Below are positions 7,848 through 16,167 of a stretch of 47,312 nucleotides of DNA, one piece after another. The notes beneath the pieces are model-generated. The model had not been told where the DNA came from. It made no database searches and worked only from the letters and a program-made list of their open reading frames with translations. The DNA is taken from IMG/VR virus record IMGVR_UViG_3300017971_000186; one strand, 5' to 3'. The position numbers were made by a program, and so were the translations under genes. Position 1 is the stretch's first letter; every line of letters begins with the position of its first letter. This stretch comes from a virus. Taxonomy: Duplodnaviria; Heunggongvirae; Uroviricota; Caudoviricetes.

Positions 7848-9146
7848 ATGAAGAAAGTACCTGAAAAACTAAAAAACATATTAAAAGAACCATTCGTAAA
7901 AACTCTTATTAACAGGTCTCAGGATGTAGATTATGAGACCTTAGTTAAAAGTCTTATTCCCGATATATTCAGTAAAAATCCTACAACAGTCTGTGATGCT
8001 GAAGGTAATTATACCGGAACTACTCTCGATCTTCAGTCTGCAATGTATAACTTTATGTCACGTAATGCCGTGATCAATATATCTAAGTACCATGCCATGA
8101 GAGGCACAGTCTTAAAAGATGGACAGCACCTTGTCTCAAAAGAAAATAGACACGGTAAAGTCGTTGGCCTTTCTTGTGCTAAAGATCTTTGGTCTTTTGG
8201 TATGAGAATAGTTGATGTTAATATCATGAAGTTCGATGATACCGGAGACTTCCGAGTCTTTAATGTTGTAGGTGTAGACGGTGAATGGTATGAAGGTTGG
8301 GAACGTATAGAGTTCATGCCCACTGCAAAAGAGAACGAGTTCTTTATTAAACTAGCTTCCAATGGAAAGATAACCTTTAATAATTTTATAGCTCCTCAAA
8401 GAAGATTTAATATCTTCTCCTCTAATTACTTTGTAATTAAAATAGCCCTAGCCCGTCTGGAAGATGAAATACAATATCTTGGTGGACTTATTAAACTTAT
8501 GAACGATAAAGGTATTGTCTTACCTCCCGAAGAGAAAAAGGAATGGCCTGAAACTACTAAACTTGGTAACGAGAAAAAAATTAAAATTAAATCAGTCACC
8601 TATGAAGTAGATATTCCTCCCTTGGTCGGGGAATATGCTATGATGCCCCTTAACCAAGATACTCTAGTAGAAGTCGTTAAAAGAAAGAAATGGCTAACAT
8701 ATAAGATCAAATCTCAATTACAGTTCTATATTCGTGGTGAAGAATACGCCAACTTTAGATATGCCAATCCTGATAAACCTTTCCCGCACTGGATGAAAGG
8801 TGTTGAATGGAAAGAATATAAATCACCTAAGAAGTTTACTGTTAATGCTAACTTCTTAAAGAAATTTGATGGTAATGAAAGATCTATCCTTAATCTTATG
8901 AAAGAAAGATCTTATAAAGAAAATGAAAAGAATCAATTCTATGCAGAATATGAATTTCTTAATAAGCTCCTCTTTGGTATTTCTGAAATCCCCGATTCTG
9001 TCAGAGATAAAGTGAAATTCTCAAAAGGCAGAACTAAATATGAACGTCTATTAATCTTTCAACCAGACGTAGGCATGTATGGTATCTCATTATTAAAAAA
9101 GGAATTTGAGAAAACTGAAACAGTTAATGAGAACTATAACGTGTAA
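7848..9146 (+). CDS. Hypothetical protein (432 aa)
   Basis: Long ORF, AAGGA SD; no family recognised. Confidence 0.85.
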   Translation: MKKVPEKLKNILKEPFVKTLINRSQDVDYETLVKSLIPDIFSKNPTTVCDAEGNYTGTTLDLQSAMYNFMSRNAVINISKYHAMRGTVLKDGQHLVSKENRHGKVVGLSCAKDLWSFGMRIVDVNIMKFDDTGDFRVFNVVGVDGEWYEGWERIEFMPTAKENEFFIKLASNGKITFNNFIAPQRRFNIFSSNYFVIKIALARLEDEIQYLGGLIKLMNDKGIVLPPEEKKEWPETTKLGNEKKIKIKSVTYEVDIPPLVGEYAMMPLNQDTLVEVVKRKKWLTYKIKSQLQFYIRGEEYANFRYANPDKPFPHWMKGVEWKEYKSPKKFTVNANFLKKFDGNERSILNLMKERSYKENEKNQFYAEYEFLNKLLFGISEIPDSVRDKVKFSKGRTKYERLLIFQPDVGMYGISLLKKEFEKTETVNENYNV

Positions 9147-9175
9147 TTTATTATAAAGTGTTGGAAATATTAAAG

Positions 9176-9204
9176 TTGACTTTTTGGTTGATTCAGGATA
9201 TATT
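9176..9204 (+). promoter_or_regulatory. sigma70-type promoter TTGACT-N17-TATATT
   Basis: -35 at 9176-81, 17-bp spacer, -10 at 9199-9204. Confidence 0.55.
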
Positions 9205-9210
9205 AAGTAG

Positions 9211-9300
9211 ATAAAGGGTGACACCCTCTTTTGAGGGCGTTCCTTTATTTGTGTTAATGCGCCCCCTCGGTTTTCAGCTTCCAGGGGGCGCAAACTATTT
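9211..9300 (+). ncRNA. Candidate small RNA with two GC-rich hairpins
   Basis: Hairpin 9211-9248; perfect 10-bp stem 9258-67/9283-92; directly after a promoter in a ~540-bp gene-poor gap. Confidence 0.5.
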
Positions 9301-9687
9301 AACTCATCATTTTCTCACAAGACGGTCTGAATGTCCTGGAGACTCGTTTATAATTTATTATAAAAGATCAAAAAAGAGTAGAAAAATATTATTATTTTTA
9401 CTTTCCAAATCTGATTTCTCAGATACAAAATAACCTCCCTAGCCCTATTTGGGGGACGGTACTTACAGTTTTCATCCCTAAGTGTTTTCAGTCTGTTATC
9501 ACAGAAAAATTCAAATTTACTTACACGCACATTGGGGTACTTAAAATTTCATTAAATTCAACAACAATTACTCGCTCAGTAAATAAATATCAATTCGAAA
9601 AATCCTCTCTCAAGATAGTATACGAGAGAGTCTTTAATATATGAATAAAATTAAGAACAATGTTACATATTAACAGGAGGTATAAGT

Positions 9688-10308
9688 ATGTATACTCCAT
9701 TAACTATCATTTCTGAAAACAAGAAAACTGGTGTCTCAATAAACTTTCCCATGAAAGGGCATTGTAGACCTAGTAAGTTATGTCAGAAACTTTGCTATGC
9801 CCGATCCGGACATATGGCTTTACCCAATACCGTGAAAAAACAGAACTATGTTTCTGATTACTTCACCGGTAATGATCTACTCAAAGTCATAGTCGAATGT
9901 AAAAACTGTCATGCAGTACGTTTAAATGGATGTGGTGATCTATTACCTGATCACGTGAATAATATTATTAACCTCGCTAATGAATGCCCTAAAACTATGT
10001 TCTATGGCATGACAAGGAAACCTGAAATAGCAAAGGTCATTAATGATCAATTACCTAATCTCAGATTATTATTAAGTATCGATGCTACAACTCCAAAGAA
10101 AGTCTGGAGTAAATTTCCAGGTAAGATGTGTTTTGGCCCTAGGAGAGACGTAGATACTGTTCCAGATGATCCCCGAATCATTATAGTATTTCCCTACCAC
10201 TGTCATGGTTCAGTAGTTAAAAACGTTCCTAAACATCCTCTGGACTGTCTTGCAGTCTGGCATGAAGTATCGGGATGTTTGGAATGTGCCCGGTGCTGGG
10301 ACTGGTAA
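9688..10308 (+). CDS. GP88-family (radical-SAM-like) phage protein
   Basis: Cx5Cx3CYA, RLNGCGD, YGMTRK and C-terminal GCxxCxxCW; GGAGG SD. Confidence 0.7.
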   Translation: MYTPLTIISENKKTGVSINFPMKGHCRPSKLCQKLCYARSGHMALPNTVKKQNYVSDYFTGNDLLKVIVECKNCHAVRLNGCGDLLPDHVNNIINLANECPKTMFYGMTRKPEIAKVINDQLPNLRLLLSIDATTPKKVWSKFPGKMCFGPRRDVDTVPDDPRIIIVFPYHCHGSVVKNVPKHPLDCLAVWHEVSGCLECARCWDW

Positions 10309-10317
10309 TGCATAGAG

Positions 10318-10346
10318 AAGCCCGACTGTCCGTAAAGGTCGGGCTT
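10318..10346 (+). terminator. 9-bp GC-rich hairpin after the GP88-like gene (terminator or processing stem)
   Basis: AAGCCCGAC/GTCGGGCTT; no U-tract. Confidence 0.45.
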
Positions 10347-10442
10347 ACTCCATGCCTTAAAGCGCGACTCAAGCACTTCTAATACGTAATATATATTTTT
10401 AACTCTACCTGTTCCAGGTAATTATAACAAGGAGAACATATA

Positions 10443-10805
10443 ATGGCATCAACATTAGTAAATCCAATGAACGAAAACGAATTAAAAGAATACGAAATTG
10501 AAATCATAAAGGATTGGTGGTATGATGGTACATGTGAGGATAAATTAGAAATACTCGATACAGTAAAAGATTATACCTGTAAAACTAATGGTAGTAAAAT
10601 CAAAAAGATCCTCGCTATTAAATGGGTACTGAAAAAGAAACAATGCCTTTTAGTAGATGGTGTATTACTGGATCTCTTTAGTGCCAATGTAGTTAATACG
10701 GTCTATGAATATCTTATTAATAATGATAAGAAAGACTTCTTTGTTAAACTCTTTAATACAAACATCACAACTATTATGAATCACTGTTACAAGTGTGTGA
10801 AATAA
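10443..10805 (+). CDS. Hypothetical protein
   Basis: 120 aa, AAGGAG SD. Confidence 0.75.
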   Translation: MASTLVNPMNENELKEYEIEIIKDWWYDGTCEDKLEILDTVKDYTCKTNGSKIKKILAIKWVLKKKQCLLVDGVLLDLFSANVVNTVYEYLINNDKKDFFVKLFNTNITTIMNHCYKCVK

Positions 10806-10806
10806 T

Positions 10807-11094
10807 ATGAAATTAACATGGATAAAACTCGAAAACATACTCCAAGATATGAAAAAGCATGATTTATTGTACGGTAGACAGTGGGTAATAAAAGAAGAGG
10901 CTTTAGTCTTTATAGTGAAACACTGGAAAGGATATTACCCTATTACCAAGACTACCATGATAAATACTTTTACTAAAGATTCAGAAGTACTAGAAATTAG
11001 AATAATCGACAACCAAACTATGAGTGATGAGAGATACGCTAAAGAGATACAGAAGTATACCAATAGATTTCAAATCGCTCTACAGGAGACTTAA
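10807..11094 (+). CDS. Hypothetical protein
   Basis: 95 aa, abutting. Confidence 0.7.
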   Translation: MKLTWIKLENILQDMKKHDLLYGRQWVIKEEALVFIVKHWKGYYPITKTTMINTFTKDSEVLEIRIIDNQTMSDERYAKEIQKYTNRFQIALQET

Positions 11095-11096
11095 CT

Positions 11097-11402
11097 ATGA
11101 ATAACAAAACTAAAGTGATCTTCCGTTTCTGGAAAATATCAAACGAAGTAATAGCTATCTTCCCCGAAGAACCCGGAAATACTAATCCTATGACCTGTTC
11201 GTCTTATGAACATATAGGCCAACACGGAGCCTGTAACCCTTACGGGATCATTCAGGAAAGTAGATTAGCTACTCCCGAAGAATATAAAGATCTTAAAGAA
11301 GAACTAGAAAGCATTGGTTATGATCTAACCATTATAAAAAGACATAGATATCACCATCTCGAAAAGAGAAGAGAAATTATAGTGTCTGGAGGATTATCAT
11401 GA
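11097..11402 (+). CDS. Conserved phage-type hypothetical protein (VIFR...AIFP...YEHIGQHG)
   Basis: 101 aa, AGGAG SD. Confidence 0.75.
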   Translation: MNNKTKVIFRFWKISNEVIAIFPEEPGNTNPMTCSSYEHIGQHGACNPYGIIQESRLATPEEYKDLKEELESIGYDLTIIKRHRYHHLEKRREIIVSGGLS

Positions 11403-12055
11403 GAACAACTAAAATCGAAACTTGGTGTCCTCTCTTTCCAGGGTTCTATAATACCCTGTATGATCTGGATACAGATAAAGTATTAGAAGGTTATAATGAA
11501 AATGACGATTGGCATCATGAAGAAAGAAAAGAAAAAGGATACAGTCTGGATGAAGAAATCGAATATGATGATCTTGAAATCGATAACGAAGGATATGAAA
11601 AAGCCCTCGCTAAAATCTTTGTTGAATTTGTAGAAAAGAAATTAAAACCATATGTTGTTAAAATAAATCTACAAAATGTATCATCCCCTAAACAGTATAA
11701 CTATGAAAACGACTCGATAAATATTGAAGTAGAAATTGATCTTGAAGCTATCAAAAAATTCTTTGAGAATAAAGAAGTCCTTAAATCTTATTCTACTTTC
11801 TTAAAAGCTATCTATACTAGCTGTGACGGTTTCATCTCATCCTATAGTAATGATGTAGATGTCTGGTTAGAAGATATCAAAAGATTACCAGACATAGAAA
11901 ACATTGAACATAAAATGGGAAGTATCCTAGAATTTATTCTGGAGTATGAAAAGGAACTTGTTCCAAGTGATGACGACCTAGAAATATACAATGCAGTAAC
12001 AGAACTTATTTCTGCAAGTGAATTCTGTTCACTCAAACAAAAAGAAGAGGAATAA
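11399..12055 (+). CDS. Acidic conserved phage-type hypothetical protein (FPGFY...SPKQYNY)
   Basis: 218 aa, ATGA-coupled, GGAGG SD. Confidence 0.78.
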   Translation: MRTTKIETWCPLFPGFYNTLYDLDTDKVLEGYNENDDWHHEERKEKGYSLDEEIEYDDLEIDNEGYEKALAKIFVEFVEKKLKPYVVKINLQNVSSPKQYNYENDSINIEVEIDLEAIKKFFENKEVLKSYSTFLKAIYTSCDGFISSYSNDVDVWLEDIKRLPDIENIEHKMGSILEFILEYEKELVPSDDDLEIYNAVTELISASEFCSLKQKEEE

Positions 12056-12098
12056 ACTGTAGTAGATCTTGTAACTCATAAAAAAGGATATACCCATC

Positions 12099-12269
12099 AT
12101 GAAAGAAAAAATATCTACCGCACTAGGCATAATTATGATCCTGGCTATTATGGCAGGTTCTATAGGAACATTCTCATGGTCATGGACAATCGGTCCAATT
12201 ATGGGAATATGCTTTATTACCGCCATAATTCTATGTATACATGAAATAACAACCAATAGAAAGGATTAA
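12099..12269 (+). CDS. Small two-helix membrane protein (56 aa)
   Basis: Read manually: MKEKISTALGIIMILAIMAG...IMGICFITAIILCIH; AAGGA SD. Confidence 0.6.
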   Translation: MKEKISTALGIIMILAIMAGSIGTFSWSWTIGPIMGICFITAIILCIHEITTNRKD

Positions 12270-12275
12270 CAAAAA

Positions 12276-12527
12276 ATGTCAGTAAAATATACAAAAAACC
12301 CTAATAATAAATTCCCCAGAGCTACCGGTATGAATGATAGTATCTATCACTTTAAAGATACTAATATCCCAGAGACAGAAATACTGAACGACCTACGACA
12401 GTCTGGAGCTATCATATATGAATATGAATCCAGTACTGTCCTAGTAAGACTCGATAACCCTGATCAATTCATCATTAAATTTAAACAAACTAAAAGTTGT
12501 AATCTGACATCTCTTAAAAAGGATTAA
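12276..12527 (+). CDS. Hypothetical protein
   Basis: 83 aa, AAGGA SD. Confidence 0.7.
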   Translation: MSVKYTKNPNNKFPRATGMNDSIYHFKDTNIPETEILNDLRQSGAIIYEYESSTVLVRLDNPDQFIIKFKQTKSCNLTSLKKD

Positions 12528-12530
12528 ACT

Positions 12531-12902
12531 ATGTACTTATCAGAACTCAAAGGATATGAAGGAACAGATACAGATCTTGGTACATCTCTCTATGAATACG
12601 GTCTGGCATGGAAGTTTATAAAGAAAGAAAATGAATATCGATTCTACTATAAAGTTAATGTTGCAGAAAAAGCAAACGATTGTGTATTTGATTGGGCCAC
12701 TGTAAATGCTGATATAGATTTTTGGGAAGAATATGATTGGGTCTCTAAAAATGACCTACTTAGTTTCCTGGGATTAACAGAGAATGAATTTAACAAGTTA
12801 CCTCTCCCTGTTAAAATCAGTGACCTAGTTAGTCATTCTGGATTCGAAAATGTCTTTGGTAGTTGTTATAATTCTTTCTCTATCACAACTAACCAGTATT
12901 AA
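12531..12902 (+). CDS. Hypothetical protein (cassette 1)
   Basis: 123 aa; SD supplied by the repeat. Confidence 0.75.
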   Translation: MYLSELKGYEGTDTDLGTSLYEYGLAWKFIKKENEYRFYYKVNVAEKANDCVFDWATVNADIDFWEEYDWVSKNDLLSFLGLTENEFNKLPLPVKISDLVSHSGFENVFGSCYNSFSITTNQY

Positions 12903-12936
12903 ATGACAATCTGACATCTCTTAAAAAGGAAATATT

Positions 12937-13194
12937 ATGAAATATCAAAACTTACTTAATCGATACAATAATTTAGAAAAAGAAATTAAAGAAGCATTAA
13001 AAACTGAGATCAATAAAAGTAAGACCAAATCAAAACATATCGATAGTAACGCTATCAAAGTAAATGTATTTGATTATGAGGAACTAGTAATAATTAATTC
13101 CAAATTAACTTTTTTGGATGCAGAAGGTCTACATTATTCAATTTATTGTGAATGTGAATTAACTGACTTAATTGATATCCTTAAGAACATATAA
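12937..13194 (+). CDS. Hypothetical protein (cassette 2)
   Basis: 85 aa; SD supplied by the repeat. Confidence 0.75.
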   Translation: MKYQNLLNRYNNLEKEIKEALKTEINKSKTKSKHIDSNAIKVNVFDYEELVIINSKLTFLDAEGLHYSIYCECELTDLIDILKNI

Positions 13195-13248
13195 ATCAAA
13201 AGAAACTAAAAGTTATAATCTGACATCTCTTAAAAAGGATTAACCAAT

Positions 13249-13542
13249 ATGGATTATCAAGAATTAAGATTTGTATATAGTCATACCGGATTCCTTAAGA
13301 ACATATATAAATCAAAAAAGACTAACCGATACTATGCCCTGCAATGGGATAACGGATATAGTCAATATCCCCACTTCTATTCAGCCACAAAAGATGGCGA
13401 AGCCGATTGCCCAATCAAGAAAGAAGCTATCCAATACTTCATATTCCCGGAAGGCCATGAACACTATGGAGAGATCCTAAAAGAAAGTGTAAGAGCTGAA
13501 TTATTATTAAAGAGCTTAAAGGAGAAAAAGGAAAATGAATAA
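13249..13542 (+). CDS. Hypothetical protein (cassette 3)
   Basis: 97 aa; SD supplied by the repeat. Confidence 0.75.
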   Translation: MDYQELRFVYSHTGFLKNIYKSKKTNRYYALQWDNGYSQYPHFYSATKDGEADCPIKKEAIQYFIFPEGHEHYGEILKESVRAELLLKSLKEKKENE

Positions 13543-13756
13543 TAAAATTGTTAAAGCCCGTAGGACTCTGACCGCCATAGGTAAGAAATACGGTCTCACA
13601 TTTGATAAGAAGCATCATTACTATACAGGGAATGCTTATGTGAATAATAAAGGTGAAACTTTACCTACTGTATTCAGAGAAGGAACTGATGAGTATAAAC
13701 TTCAATACATAGATGGATGTTTTCACCCATTCCTCGTACAGAATAACCAGGAGTAA
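13535..13756 (+). CDS. Hypothetical protein
   Basis: 73 aa, AAGGA SD. Confidence 0.7.
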   Translation: MNNKIVKARRTLTAIGKKYGLTFDKKHHYYTGNAYVNNKGETLPTVFREGTDEYKLQYIDGCFHPFLVQNNQE

Positions 13757-13762
13757 AAATTT

Positions 13763-14086
13763 ATGAAGATCCAAAACCAAGATTTAATCATTAAAAGAGT
13801 TACTTTCACATCTTCATCCTTAAAAGAGATCATGATAAAACATAAACAATTAAACGAAGATGGTTATAAAATAGTCGAAGTCAATCTTACCAATGATGGG
13901 TGTGAAGGTGTACTGGAAAAAGAATTATCCATAGCAGATTACATCAAACAAAATCCTAAACTCGAAACTGAAGATCCCGACTTTCCTATGAAAGAATGGA
14001 GACTCGCTGTCTCTAATGAGGAGACCCGTCTGGGTTATGATAGCTGGGTGACTCATCAAAAAGAACAACATAATATCAGAAAATGA
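13763..14086 (+). CDS. Hypothetical protein
   Basis: 107 aa, AGGAG SD. Confidence 0.7.
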   Translation: MKIQNQDLIIKRVTFTSSSLKEIMIKHKQLNEDGYKIVEVNLTNDGCEGVLEKELSIADYIKQNPKLETEDPDFPMKEWRLAVSNEETRLGYDSWVTHQKEQHNIRK

Positions 14087-14277
14087 ATAAACAGAAATAC
14101 AAAATTGAGTATACTGATTCCAAGAATAAATTAACCAAAGTTTTCTTTGTAGACCGACCATTTAACTCTGCATTGAAACAGGCAAAAACATTTATCAAAC
14201 GAAATACTCACTTAAATATTAAACTGCTTTATAAAAATTGGAGTAGCAAATATAACTTTGGTTGGAAACAAACCTAA
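14083..14277 (+). CDS. Hypothetical protein
   Basis: 64 aa, ATGA-coupled. Confidence 0.6.
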   Translation: MNKQKYKIEYTDSKNKLTKVFFVDRPFNSALKQAKTFIKRNTHLNIKLLYKNWSSKYNFGWKQT

Positions 14278-14291
14278 ACCTGGAGGTAGCA

Positions 14292-14459
14292 ATGGCTCGT
14301 TATTATAATATTACTATTCATAGAAGAATTAAAGTACAAGATCCTTTACCCGATAACTGTACTATTGAAACTCTTGAGGACGAAATCTCTGTTGAATATC
14401 CTTTCGATGTTGAAGAAATCGATGGAGAAGTATCTGCAAACCTAGAAGATTCGGACTAG
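14292..14459 (+). CDS. Small acidic hypothetical protein
   Basis: ORF track 14262..14459; ATG 14292 follows GGAGGT. Confidence 0.65.
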   Translation: MARYYNITIHRRIKVQDPLPDNCTIETLEDEISVEYPFDVEEIDGEVSANLEDSD

Positions 14460-14460
14460 T

Positions 14461-14545
14461 TCAGTCTGGAAATCCCGTTCCCCAAATCAGTCTGGAAATT
14501 CAGCCTGGATTTCAGTCTAAAATAGTCAGAATCGACTTGTCTGGT
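14461..14545 (+). repeat. Intergenic cluster of CAGTCTGGAAAT-like motifs
   Basis: CAGTCTGGAAAT at 14462 and 14488, CAGCCTGGAT at 14501, CAGTCTAAAAT at 14513, GTCTGG at 14539. Confidence 0.85.
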
Positions 14546-14583
14546 AAAACTTAAATCAGTGTCCCCCAATCAAGGAGAGAATT

Positions 14584-14844
14584 ATGCCAGAAATCAAAAG
14601 AATCAATAACCAATTGTATGGGATTGAGCAATTTGGTGCACCTGGAAGCTTATCAACCCCGACTATTGCCGGAGTTCATTTCAATCCCGGTGAATTAACC
14701 AAGAAAGAACGTGAACATGCCAGAGCAGTCGCCTGTGTATCTTTTATCAGACTTATCTGGTATGCTCAGGAAATGAATAAATCAAACTGTTCATATAAAC
14801 AAGCAGTAATAACCGTTAACAAACGTATCAAGGAGTTAAACTAA
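14584..14844 (+). CDS. Hypothetical protein
   Basis: 86 aa, AAGGAG SD. Confidence 0.7.
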   Translation: MPEIKRINNQLYGIEQFGAPGSLSTPTIAGVHFNPGELTKKEREHARAVACVSFIRLIWYAQEMNKSNCSYKQAVITVNKRIKELN

Positions 14845-14978
14845 TGACTGGATGGTGGAATTTAACCTTCTCTGGAGTTGATGAACTCAACGATCTTGAT
14901 AGAGAACACATAGCAGAACTTATTAAAGAAGGATATACTTCTGGTGAAATCATACACCACGAAGATGAAGAAGAATAA
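14844..14978 (+). CDS. Small acidic protein (44 aa)
   Basis: Read manually: MTGWWNLTFSG...EHIAELIKEGYTSGEI; TAATG-coupled, AAGGAG SD. Confidence 0.6.
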   Translation: MTGWWNLTFSGVDELNDLDREHIAELIKEGYTSGEIIHHEDEEE

Positions 14979-14984
14979 ACCTGT

Positions 14985-15034
14985 TTTAAGCCTGTCTGGA
15001 ACTGAGAGGTAGCTGAATACCTCTTCAGTCTGGA
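14985..15034 (+). ncRNA. Candidate hairpin element, copy A
   Basis: TTTAAGCCTGTCT leader plus 40-nt hairpin containing ATACCTCT; homologue at 18780-18829. Confidence 0.45.
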
Positions 15035-15070
15035 TATGGCCTGAAAACCTATTTAAACGTACAATGAGAG

Positions 15071-15262
15071 GTGATTATGAAATTACAAGGATGGATCATA
15101 ATAAATAAAGATAAAAAATTCGCATGGGATGATAACACAGAGTTCTATACTGACTTTAATATAGCCAGCATACGTACAGTAGAACTCACACAAGGTACTG
15201 AACCTGGAACTCAGTTTGAAGTAGTTCCCGCTACCCTTACCTGTGAGGCATTGAGAGACTAA
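15071..15262 (+). CDS. Hypothetical protein
   Basis: 63 aa, GAGG SD. Confidence 0.65.
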   Translation: MIMKLQGWIIINKDKKFAWDDNTEFYTDFNIASIRTVELTQGTEPGTQFEVVPATLTCEALRD

Positions 15263-15513
15263 TGCATATCACAAGTATAGATCAAATAAACATGAATGAA
15301 CTTCCCATAGAAGTTCAGAACGAAATTAAATCAGCCGATAGCCTAGAGTTCCGTGGATTACACGGTGTCCAGGAAATCCTGGGACGTGGAGACTCAAAGA
15401 TCATTTTCTGTCTGGCAGTAACATATAAAATTCTATCCAAGTCATTCCAGGTCTGGAGCTACGGATCAGATAAATGGCAATGGTCTTGGATGAGTGGACT
15501 AAGACCGTCTTAG
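15262..15513 (+). CDS. Hypothetical protein
   Basis: 83 aa, TAATG-coupled. Confidence 0.65.
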   Translation: MHITSIDQINMNELPIEVQNEIKSADSLEFRGLHGVQEILGRGDSKIIFCLAVTYKILSKSFQVWSYGSDKWQWSWMSGLRPS

Positions 15514-15638
15514 GTCTTTCCCCCAGTCTGGCCAGAAACAGTCTGGAATCGCCCCTGTCTGAGTTCCCAGTCTGGAAATATCAAATTTAGGGGTAACCCC
15601 CCTCGTTTTTAACCCCACTTTTGATAGTCGGGAACCAG

Positions 15639-15716
15639 TTTCCCCAAGTCAAATACCCAAATGAGCAAGTGAAATTATTCTTCTCTACAGTCAACAACCA
15701 ATTTCCCCAAGTCAAA
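15639..15716. repeat. 15-bp direct repeat TTTCCCCAAGTCAAA x2
   Basis: 15639-53 and 15702-16. Confidence 0.9.
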
Positions 15717-15887
15717 GACTCGGTTTGGGAAGACATTAACTTACTTTGATCAGTCAATTACCCTGTGTAAATTTACTTATACAGATAACAAAAGATTATT
15801 AATATATGATTGTAGGAACTAGGAAATCGGTTCCGGGTTTTGCAGGGAGAATAAATTTTTTCAAAATACTCGTTGGAAATTCCCGAC

Positions 15888-16033
15888 ATAGTTCCTGGTA
15901 TTGACTTACCCATTATTCTATTCAAGGTAATGGGTAAGTACTCAAGTTTTCCCTGACATAGTTCCGAGTTCATAGTTCATGATGGTATAGTTCCTGGTAC
16001 TGACTTACTCATTATTCTATTCAAGGTAATGGG
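15888..16033. repeat. 47-bp direct repeat x2 (2 mismatches) overlapping a 12-bp inverted repeat
   Basis: 15888-15934 and 15987-16033; ACTTACCCATTA/TAATGGGTAAGT at 15904-15/15928-39. Confidence 0.9.
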
Positions 16034-16147
16034 CATACTGATACATATTAATTTTCTCTTACAGAGTTATTATATGGATAGGATACAGATATACTTAATG
16101 GATAGTTTATAGGTTATTAGATATAGGGGATAGGGATAATTACATTC

Positions 16148-16167
16148 ATATTACTAATTAGTAATAT
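16148..16167. repeat. Perfect 20-bp AT-rich palindrome
   Basis: ATATTACTAATTAGTAATAT. Confidence 0.9.

Larger units (their letters stand above)
12487..13243 (+). repeat. Dispersed 23-bp (up to 41-bp) repeat preceding three consecutive genes
   Basis: AATCTGACATCTCTTAAAAAGGA identical at 12501-23, 12908-30 and 13217-39; copies 1 and 3 extend to 41 bp with one mismatch. Confidence 0.95.

Noticed and set aside
9093-9530. ORFs 9093-9293(-), 9218-9433(+) and 9348-9530(-)
   Set aside because: They overlap one another and the structured GC-rich segment, with no convincing SD; the region is better explained as non-coding.
2011-11300. Frequent AGATCT/GATCTT hexamers
   Set aside because: Mostly in-frame GAT-CTT (Asp-Leu) in acidic proteins, so codon usage is a sufficient explanation.
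13271-13480. Alternate-frame + strand ORFs nested in genes (also 25303-25500, 26545-26727, 30526-30711, 35039-35248, 46452-46658)
   Set aside because: They are fully nested in better-supported genes and lack SDs.
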